Assembly (NCBI GenBank): GCA_913051775.1
Contig: CAJXCL010000005.1
Coordinates: forward strand, 5,499 to 69,498
Origin: an uncultured Nitrospirota bacterium
GTDB lineage: Bacteria; Nitrospinota; Nitrospinia; CAJXCL01
Length of the DNA stretch: 64,000 bases
Reading direction: 5' to 3'
Below, piece after piece: positions 57,149 to 64,000 of this stretch. Below the pieces are notes generated by a model, which worked only from the letters and a program-made list of their open reading frames with translations, ran no database searches and had not been told where the DNA came from. Both the position numbers and the translations under genes were made by a program. Numbering within the stretch: position 1 is the stretch's first letter; every line of letters starts with the position of its first letter.

Positions 57149-57340
57149 ATGGGTAATAATGAAAAAACTAATAGATATGACATTGAGCAAATAAATGAAG
57201 CCAGGCGTTTGTCTGGTTTAAAAGAAATACGAACAAAAGGTCGCAGTTGCCTTCGCTGTGGCAGAAAATTTGTTTCAGAAGGGGATCACAATCGTTTGTG
57301 CGATACCTGCCGCAAAGTCAGCGTAAGTGAATTTGTATGA
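57149..57340 (+). CDS. Small zinc-ribbon protein (CxxC...CxxC)
   Basis: 63 aa with CLRCG...CDTC. AAGGAA RBS 8 nt upstream. Confidence 0.4.
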   Translation: MGNNEKTNRYDIEQINEARRLSGLKEIRTKGRSCLRCGRKFVSEGDHNRLCDTCRKVSVSEFV

Positions 57341-57358
57341 TACCTATAGAAGGTTTTC

Positions 57359-58066
57359 TTAACCTCTTGATTCACTTGCATCTTTCACAAAACTTTTACT
57401 ACCATTCCCCTGATAGACATATTGCATAGTGTAGCAACTGCTTATTCTTTTTTCCTCTTTCTTGCAATAAAAATTTATAACCTGCATTTTGGCGTAATTT
57501 CCCTCAGCAGTTTTTATTATAAAAACATTTTTATGTGACTTAAGGTAATGGTCCCAGAAACTATATTTATACCATTTTTCTAAGTTAGCATTATTAGAAT
57601 CTGGTACAGGGGGAGGACTAATATTTTTTATAAATTTCGAATCTTCAGGAACTTGAGTTAAAGAATCAAAATCTGTGGTTCCCAGTTTTGCGACTGAAAC
57701 CTGCCCCTTTTTACTTTTATCTCCCCAATTAGATGCAATATTCGCGCGGCTAAATGCCAGATCCCAACTCTCTGGTGCCGACTGATTTGTAACACCTGGG
57801 ATAACACTTCCCCTGGAAAAATCAAAAAATACCCAATTATCTATATCAGTTGCTTCAAAAGTATATATTACTGTGTCTGTTAATTTTTTGCCTACCTTTA
57901 TTGGATCAATAGATGATACGGTGTATAACTTTTCTGGCTTTTCCTTTAAAAGATCGGGCATTTGAATATTCATTTGACCCATCATAATTCTATAACCGAT
58001 CTCAATTGAAAGAAGCATAAGAAATATATAAACAATATTAGGAAGATATTTCAATAATCTTTTCAT
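57359..58066 (-). CDS. Hypothetical secreted/membrane-anchored protein (possibly HmuY-like)
   Basis: N-terminal TM/signal segment. Weak resemblance to the HmuY-like beta fold. Confidence 0.35.
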   Translation of the reverse strand: MKRLLKYLPNIVYIFLMLLSIEIGYRIMMGQMNIQMPDLLKEKPEKLYTVSSIDPIKVGKKLTDTVIYTFEATDIDNWVFFDFSRGSVIPGVTNQSAPESWDLAFSRANIASNWGDKSKKGQVSVAKLGTTDFDSLTQVPEDSKFIKNISPPPVPDSNNANLEKWYKYSFWDHYLKSHKNVFIIKTAEGNYAKMQVINFYCKKEEKRISSCYTMQYVYQGNGSKSFVKDASESRG

Positions 58067-58197
58067 ATGACTAAAGTTAAGGTATTTAGTAATTCTTGCA
58101 ATCAGTGAGTATAATAATTAAACTACCTTGCATAAGCTATGAAATTTCCGAGACGTGAACATTATTTTGGCTCTATTCTTAATAGTGTAAAATATAT

Positions 58198-58656
58198 ATG
58201 ATTCTATTAAAATATTTTAGCTACTTTAAAAACAATTTTTTTTTAAACTATTTAAGATCTATCGCAATGGTCTTAATTATTTTATTAGTTTTTTTGGAAA
58301 ATAACGTTAGTGGACAGAAAAAGACATTCACCGCAAAAATAAATAAAGATGGTGTTCAAGTAATTGAGATGAAAGCAGGTGACTACTACTTTTCTCCTAA
58401 TTTTATTACTGTAAAAGTTAATGTACCGGTAGAAATTAAGCTTATCAGAAAATCAGAATTCACACCACATAACATAATGCTAAAAGCGCCTGAGGCAGGT
58501 ATTAATATTTCTACGTCTATAATGCGAGAGCCTAAGGTTATAAAATTTACACCTGTCAAAACCGGGAAATATCTTTTTATTTGTGATAGAAAAGTATTCT
58601 TCTTTATAAAACACAAATCAAAAGGCATGCAAGGCATACTTAAAGTAATCGAATAA
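58198..58656 (+). CDS. Cupredoxin-like (type-1 copper) domain protein
   Basis: Signal peptide, then YYFSPNFITVKVNVPVEIKLI...TPHNIM...GKYLFICD...HKSKGMQGILKV, with His, Cys, His, Met ligand spacing as in cupredoxin_1-type proteins. Confidence 0.65.
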   Translation: MILLKYFSYFKNNFFLNYLRSIAMVLIILLVFLENNVSGQKKTFTAKINKDGVQVIEMKAGDYYFSPNFITVKVNVPVEIKLIRKSEFTPHNIMLKAPEAGINISTSIMREPKVIKFTPVKTGKYLFICDRKVFFFIKHKSKGMQGILKVIE

Positions 58657-58679
58657 ATTTTTTAGAAGTTTTTTCCGCA

Positions 58680-59387
58680 TTGTCCGAGATTTTGTCATCC
58701 TTATCCCCTGTAGTGTTTATGGTGCATATGGAAAAACACCAAAAATCTAAAATAAGTTCTTTTGCTTTTTCCAAAACTGACGACCCTTCCACAAAAAAAT
58801 ACTTTTTCATAATCATTTCCGTACTGGTTGTGATATCCATTATATCTTTTACGGCATGGAATAAGGCGAGGGTTGAGCTAACTGAGATACATATTTCTTC
58901 GGAAGATAAACAGAGATTGGGAGAGCTTGTCCTTAAAGTTGCAAGCAATCCCAGAGACCTAAAGAAGGTTTATAATGGTTTTTGGAATGTTTTGGATAAA
59001 TACAACTCATTATCCGCGTATCAGCTCTCTCATTTGAAAGAAAATATGAGAGAGTTATTTTATTTACCAAAACTATTTTTGGAGGATGCCGGGAATACTG
59101 TAAAAAACCAGAGTCCCTTTAAAAGCATTGAGAGAGATAGACTCGAAAAATATTTTCTACAGGAAGGCTTTTTAACTGAACAACAGGTTGAAGATGATAA
59201 AGAGACCATGAAACTTATCGCGCTAAAGAAACCCTTAAAAGCGTCTCATGGTTTGGAAATAATTATTGAAGAAAAGCGTATCGGTGAAATGCTGCAAAAT
59301 TGGAATGATAAAGAGATTGAAAAAATTATAGACAGGCTCTTTACTCCTTTAAAAGATTCCCCTACCGCGGAGGCAGGGGGGAAATAA
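58680..59387 (+). CDS. Hypothetical membrane-anchored protein
   Basis: One TM helix then a charged helical region. No family recognised. Confidence 0.4.
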   Translation: MSEILSSLSPVVFMVHMEKHQKSKISSFAFSKTDDPSTKKYFFIIISVLVVISIISFTAWNKARVELTEIHISSEDKQRLGELVLKVASNPRDLKKVYNGFWNVLDKYNSLSAYQLSHLKENMRELFYLPKLFLEDAGNTVKNQSPFKSIERDRLEKYFLQEGFLTEQQVEDDKETMKLIALKKPLKASHGLEIIIEEKRIGEMLQNWNDKEIEKIIDRLFTPLKDSPTAEAGGK

Positions 59388-59565
59388 ATTTTTGTCACTT
59401 TTATATGGTGTTTACTTGCGGATTGTAATATTCAGCTGACCAATAATTTAACAACCCCCTATATCTCCATTTTCTAAGGGGGGACACCATTGCTTAATTT
59501 ACCCTATTTAATATAGCGCAACTAGGATATAAATGCCATAAAGACATTTGGTTTCTCGTGCCTTT

Positions 59566-60594
59566 TTATCCCCACAAGTCTTCTATTGACTGTAACGGCA
59601 GTGGTGCAGCAAGCTTTTGATTTTCCGGCTTTTTATGAAACTGGCTATCGTAAGTAAGAGCAAGCCAGATGGCCAGAGCGGGATAGTCATCTATCCAGGG
59701 CATCATTGGGGTCTCTTCCACTCCTTCCGAGACGCTTTTGAACCAGTCCGCATGGGTCCAGTCTTTCATTGGTCTGTCGTGGTTTCTTGATTTAGACAGT
59801 GGGTTTCTCAAGTCGCGTGCCCCTTCCATAAGCACAACACCGTCTTTCCCATGGCAAACAGAGCAGTTTAGATCTTCATAAATTTCTCCTTCGAAGACCT
59901 TTTGGCCAAGGGCAACCATTTCAGGATCTTCATCCCATGGGACAAGATTTTTTACATTTCCCCGCACAGGCATCTTTTCACGATTCCAGAGTGTTCCGAG
60001 ATATGCTAATAATGCGTCCATTTCCGGTGGGGAAATTTCTTCCCCGAAATAAGTCGGCATGGCTTTCTTTGATTTCTCATCTTCAAATCCCATTGCCTGC
60101 TTTTTCTTTGGATCCAAAATATGCTCTTTTAAATATTCCGGTGTCTGAAGCCCTATTTGCCATAAATCAAAATCAGGTCCTCTATCGGAAGAACCTTCAC
60201 CGGAAGCTTTATGGCAATTAATACATTTATTGGCAAGAAACACTTCTTTTCCTGCCGCTATGAGTTTCGGGCCGGGTTCAACTCTTACAAAAGGTGGCTT
60301 ATTAATTTTTGCAATCTCAAATTGTGGATCAAACTGGGGTAAAGCAAAGCCAACAACGGTGTAAATAAGCCCGCCTAACAAGAACGTCCCAAGTAACAGA
60401 GCCAATCGTCCGCCAGTACTTTCCGGATTTTTCAAGGGCGGCAAGTCAAGAAGGATGTAAAGTAGAAAGCCGGCAAATACGAAGATATTAAATACAAAAA
60501 CGAAAGGATATGTAAAACCCACATAGCTGGTGCCAACAGAAACAACTACCGCACTAATAACATACCCAATTACATTTTTAAGCCAAATATTCAT
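59566..60594 (-). CDS. Membrane-anchored diheme c-type cytochrome
   Basis: Two CxxCH (CINCH, CSVCH) with downstream Met ligands (MPTYF, MMPW). N-terminal two TM helices. Confidence 0.8.
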   Translation of the reverse strand: MNIWLKNVIGYVISAVVVSVGTSYVGFTYPFVFVFNIFVFAGFLLYILLDLPPLKNPESTGGRLALLLGTFLLGGLIYTVVGFALPQFDPQFEIAKINKPPFVRVEPGPKLIAAGKEVFLANKCINCHKASGEGSSDRGPDFDLWQIGLQTPEYLKEHILDPKKKQAMGFEDEKSKKAMPTYFGEEISPPEMDALLAYLGTLWNREKMPVRGNVKNLVPWDEDPEMVALGQKVFEGEIYEDLNCSVCHGKDGVVLMEGARDLRNPLSKSRNHDRPMKDWTHADWFKSVSEGVEETPMMPWIDDYPALAIWLALTYDSQFHKKPENQKLAAPLPLQSIEDLWG

Positions 60595-60712
60595 TTTTCC
60601 TCCTAGAAGTATAAAACGGAGAGGCTCCGCAACCGAATGGGGCTACCGCTCCAGTAAGCAAATAAAAAAAAATTTCAAAAAGCAAGCTTTTACAGAGTAG
60701 TAATCTAATGGA

Positions 60713-62533
60713 CTAATGTTCACTGCCTGTTTTACCTGCCTTTAATTGGAGCCAGATAACTCCGCTTAGAATCAGAAAATATACCAGAGTTATCTCGGTT
60801 ATTAATAATGATGAGTCTTTTAAAGCAGGCGTATAGGCATCAGGCGTCATATCCTTAAAAACCCTGTAAACATGGAAGTTTCTACGCGCCAGGGACCTGA
60901 TAGCACCCATTAAACTCATCAGCCATATTCCGGAAAATGCTAAAAAGATTAATCCCACTTGGGAGATAGGGTTAATTTTCCCCCATACGACTGTTCCTTT
61001 TCTCATGGCTACCCTGTATAAAACAAAATTGACAAAGGTAATAAAGACCAGACCAAAAGAAGCCTTAATTTTTATTCCCATGACACCCATAAAGGCCAGA
61101 TCACCGGATAATTCCATGATACGCATATACTCGCTTTTTTCCATACCCTCAGGGATCATGCCCGGCTCCGGTACCATGGTGGCAAAGACATGCCTGGGGC
61201 AAAACCAGAGAGCGGCGCAAACAAACATAATCGCAAAGTTTATTTTTACCCATCTTAAATATTTTGGATCCCCTTTAATACGTTGCATACTCACATATAT
61301 ATAATAACTGCTGCCGATAAATAAAAAGCCAACCAGCACCGCCTGAAGTTCCATATACATGGAAAGGCGATCCGACATAATATACATACCGATATTCGGA
61401 TCGTAGGCATATAATTCCCTGGCCAGATAGTATCCCATCAGCGGGAGCGGAAGTAAAAAACCAACACCTAAAGTATTTCCAGTATATCCCTGCCAATCGT
61501 AAAAAGCCCTTTCTTCGTCGTTTTTCGCGAAAAGATACATAATCGCGGCGATCACACCTACAAGATAACCTCCAAAGGTAAGGTTTCCAACCAGCCTGTG
61601 GTAATTGAGGGGCCACCATGAATAATTATTAATCCAGGCCCATTCTCCAAATGTGGCTATCTCCTTAATGGAGCCCTCAACTTTGGGGGGGGTTGTCATC
61701 ATAGCGGCCGGGCCGTCCATAAGCAGAAGGAGCGAAATCCCCGCCACATTTAATAAAATCCCGATAAGAATATGTACGCCCTTTCTGTTGGCTTTGTTGA
61801 GAGGATCCCAAGTATAATAATAAAGATACATAAAACCAGTTTCTACAAGAAACAACATGGGGTACCAGAAGGTTATCAGGTCATTAAAACCTCGAAAGAA
61901 CCAGGTAGTAAAGGTCGGATAATAAACAATGAGGCATAAAGCAAAAAACCCACCGGTTAGGGCAGTAAAGCTGTAACACATTACAAACACTTTTGTTACT
62001 TCATAGGCCAGTCTTTCATATCTTTCATCCCTAGTTTTCAAAAATAGACATTCCGCGATAACAGTATATAGCGGAACGCCAAGAATAAATGACGCGAACA
62101 GGATATGGAGCTGAGCGATAACCCAGATCAGGTTCCGATTTGAAAGGCCGAAATTGAACTTGTTGACCGGAAGATCGTTATAATCTTCTCTCTTAACCAT
62201 ATCTCTGTTTGGGTTGTCCGGATTGGTTTTAAACTCCGGAAACGGCTCAGTACCCATTGGGATTTCTACAGGCTGTATTTCTCCTTCTGCTGTTTCTTCT
62301 TCCTCAGCTTCTTCTTCCTCTTCCTCATCTTCGAGAAACTCGCCCTCAGCTTCTTCTCCCTCAGCTTCTTCTGGCTCCGAGACTTCCTCAGCAGCAGAAA
62401 CTGCCTCAGCTATGGCTATAAAAGGGGATGATGGGGAAATTATATGAGCTCCCATATAACAAAAGGACAAGAAAAATAAAGCGATAAAAATTAGGGTTAA
62501 TTTTTTGTACAAAAAGATTGTTTTAATATTCAC
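60713..62533 (-). CDS. Cytochrome bd ubiquinol oxidase subunit I-like (CydA-like, bd-like) membrane protein with acidic Glu-rich N-terminal extension
   Basis: VIAQLHILFASFILGVPLYTVIAECLFLKTRDERYERLAYEVTKV resembles the CydA N-terminal helices. ~14 predicted TM segments, 606 aa. N-terminal EEEEEEEAEEEE stretch after a signal/TM segment. Confidence 0.75.
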   Translation of the reverse strand: MNIKTIFLYKKLTLIFIALFFLSFCYMGAHIISPSSPFIAIAEAVSAAEEVSEPEEAEGEEAEGEFLEDEEEEEEAEEEETAEGEIQPVEIPMGTEPFPEFKTNPDNPNRDMVKREDYNDLPVNKFNFGLSNRNLIWVIAQLHILFASFILGVPLYTVIAECLFLKTRDERYERLAYEVTKVFVMCYSFTALTGGFFALCLIVYYPTFTTWFFRGFNDLITFWYPMLFLVETGFMYLYYYTWDPLNKANRKGVHILIGILLNVAGISLLLLMDGPAAMMTTPPKVEGSIKEIATFGEWAWINNYSWWPLNYHRLVGNLTFGGYLVGVIAAIMYLFAKNDEERAFYDWQGYTGNTLGVGFLLPLPLMGYYLARELYAYDPNIGMYIMSDRLSMYMELQAVLVGFLFIGSSYYIYVSMQRIKGDPKYLRWVKINFAIMFVCAALWFCPRHVFATMVPEPGMIPEGMEKSEYMRIMELSGDLAFMGVMGIKIKASFGLVFITFVNFVLYRVAMRKGTVVWGKINPISQVGLIFLAFSGIWLMSLMGAIRSLARRNFHVYRVFKDMTPDAYTPALKDSSLLITEITLVYFLILSGVIWLQLKAGKTGSEH

Positions 62534-62652
62534 TAAAAAATACCTCCTTATAATAAGTAAAACTTTTCCCCTGTCAAAGCGCCATGCAGCTACGCCAAAT
62601 AGAAAACAAATTAAAATATAAGACTTTATTAAAATCTGTTAAGGTAAAACTC

Positions 62653-62802
62653 CTATTTCTTCAACCCGATCATTAGTATAAAACCAATAGCAAAAAAACC
62701 GATTACTCCCACATACCAGTCAATAAACAAAATTAAAACTGAGGTAACAAGGCCAATGATGCCAATATACCAGTCAATATGCTTATCAATTAACTCTCTC
62801 AT
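62653..62802 (-). CDS. Small 2-TM membrane protein (49 aa) immediately upstream of the CydA-like gene
   Basis: MRELIDKHIDWYIGIIGLVTSVLILFIDWYVGVIGFFAIGFILMIGLKK, internally repeated (DWYIG/DWYVG). It is below the ORF-track length cutoff. Confidence 0.35.
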   Translation of the reverse strand: MRELIDKHIDWYIGIIGLVTSVLILFIDWYVGVIGFFAIGFILMIGLKK

Positions 62803-62953
62803 CGATTTCACCCCTCAAGTATAAAGTTATATGCATTTTTAAGGTAATAACTTTAACGTAAATAATGAATCGCGATTTTAACTTTATAAAAACTTTGAGT
62901 CAAGGTTTTTACATAGGTACAACAAATCTGTATAATCTAAATTTAAAAAACTG

Positions 62954-63784
62954 TTGCAAAAAAGAACGGTTTTAATTAACGATCATATGGCAAAAAAATC
63001 TTTAATTACTTTAACTTCTGATTTTGGATACCGCGATCCTTTTGTCGGAATCATGCAGGGGGTAATGTTAGGGATAAACCCCTCTCTGCAGTTTATCCAC
63101 TTGACTCATAATATAGAAGCTCATAACATTTTGCAGGCAACTTATGTTTTTGAAACCGCATATTCCTATTTCCCTGCTGGTACTATTCATTTGGTCGTGG
63201 TAGACCCGGGGGTTGGAAGTAAGAGGAAATCTCTTCTCGTAAAATCGGAGAAATATTGTTTTATTGGCCCTGACAACGGTGTTTTATCCGCTGTTTTCCA
63301 GAAAGAAAAGGGACTGGAAGTTTATCAAATAGACCCGGAAAAATTTATTTCTGGAAAAATAAGCTTTACCTTTCATGGAAGGGACGTCTTCGCACCGGCA
63401 GCCGGTTTATTTTCTTTAAACCATGATCCTGCAAAGTTAGCTCATAGAGTGGAGAGTTGTAAAAAAATTGCCCTGCCGTATCCCCAAAAAATTGATACAC
63501 ATAGTTTTTCAGGAGAGGTTATATATATCGACCGCTTCGGTAACCTGATAACCAATTTTTCCGAACGGTTCATGTGTCAACATATTGACCGGAAGCCGAT
63601 AAAAATAAAAATCGGTTCCTGCGTGATCACAGGTTTGAAATCGCACTATTCGGAGGCTAATCCCCGGGAGGTATCCGCTTTGATTAATAGCTGGAATAAT
63701 ATAGAAATATTCCTTTCTTCTGCAAACGCGGCAGATTTTCTAAAAACTCGAGTGGGAGACGTGGTAGAAATAGAGACCGGTTAA
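62954..63784 (+). CDS. SAM hydroxide adenosyltransferase/SAM hydrolase (DUF62) family
   Basis: LTSDFGYRDPFVGIMQGV, FHGRDVFAPAAG motifs. Probable start at Met 62990 (MAKKSLITL). Confidence 0.8.
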   Translation: MQKRTVLINDHMAKKSLITLTSDFGYRDPFVGIMQGVMLGINPSLQFIHLTHNIEAHNILQATYVFETAYSYFPAGTIHLVVVDPGVGSKRKSLLVKSEKYCFIGPDNGVLSAVFQKEKGLEVYQIDPEKFISGKISFTFHGRDVFAPAAGLFSLNHDPAKLAHRVESCKKIALPYPQKIDTHSFSGEVIYIDRFGNLITNFSERFMCQHIDRKPIKIKIGSCVITGLKSHYSEANPREVSALINSWNNIEIFLSSANAADFLKTRVGDVVEIETG

Positions 63785-63825
63785 GGTTAGGCATCGCATC
63801 GAAGCCGCACTGCCAAATGAATTAC

Positions 63826-63925
63826 TATTCCCTCACCCCCTTTTTTAAGGGGGAGTTTGGAGTGAGTATTTCCCTCTATCAAGAAGGGTGTCCCTCCGGG
63901 ACAGGGTGTGTTAAAAAAGTTGCTA
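63826..63925 (+). repeat. Dispersed repeat family 2, second copy
   Basis: CTCACCCCCTTTTTTAAGGGGGAGTTTGGAGTGAGTATTTCCCTCTATCAAGAAGGGTGTCCCTCCGGGACAGGGTG matches the reverse complement of 42408-42492. Followed at 63938-63962 by the family-3 motif GTAGGGTATCTCACTGTGGAAG. Confidence 0.6.
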
Positions 63926-64000
63926 AAATGGGACACCACGTAGGGTATCTCACTGTGGAAGCAACGTATTGCAGATTAGCAATACCAAGAAAAAAATTAT

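Noticed and set aside
1-64000. Alternative genetic code (stop-codon reassignment) to explain in-frame stops
   Set aside because: TAA, TGA and TAG each terminate clearly conserved, full-length genes in the window (e.g. hisB TAA, murJ TGA, mutS TAG). No Trp/Gly-at-TGA pattern is seen.
1-64000. tRNA, rRNA, tmRNA, RNase P, SRP RNA or CRISPR arrays
   Set aside because: Scanned for T-loop GGTTCGAATCC-type motifs, rRNA-like conserved stretches and regularly spaced direct repeats. None found. The dispersed repeats are irregularly spaced and heterogeneous, unlike a CRISPR array.

Overview
AT-rich bacterial chromosomal segment, mostly housekeeping genes at high coding density. I found no rRNA, tRNA or CRISPR. 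Identifiable genes include hisB, aroB, pilM, a UvrD/PcrA helicase, murJ, dnaN, parAB, a bactofilin, ispB, pgk, nnr, pntAA/pntAB/pntB, mutS and ppiD.

Four things stand out:
- Gene decay concentrated in particular genes: a histidine phosphatase with two in-frame stops, and uppP, mgtC, a diheme cytochrome c4-like gene, a SPOR-domain gene, a TPR-like gene and a RAYT/IS200-like transposase, all disrupted. IS3-family and IS1182/IS5-like transposase fragments are also present. Neighbouring long genes (mutS, uvrD, ppiD, EF-G) are intact.
- At least three families of short, GC-richer, hairpin-forming dispersed repeats sit in intergenic spacers. One pair is arranged as a MITE-like inverted pair beside the decayed uppP.
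- A candidate undescribed respiratory module: a small TM protein, a cytochrome bd subunit-I-like (CydA-like) protein with an acidic N-terminal extension, and a membrane-anchored diheme cytochrome c. It sits beside a cupredoxin, two FGE/SUMF1-domain (NirV-like) proteins and a degraded cytochrome c4-like gene.
- Two further candidates: a conserved but uncharacterised DUF1538-DUF1538-PII-like-CBS four-gene module (candidate PII-regulated transporter), and a 446-aa protein with a novel N-terminal region fused to a C-terminal HPr (PTS phosphocarrier) domain in an apparent operon with an M20 amidohydrolase and a PabB/TrpE-like enzyme.

All calls come from reading the ORF translations for family motifs; I could not run searches.
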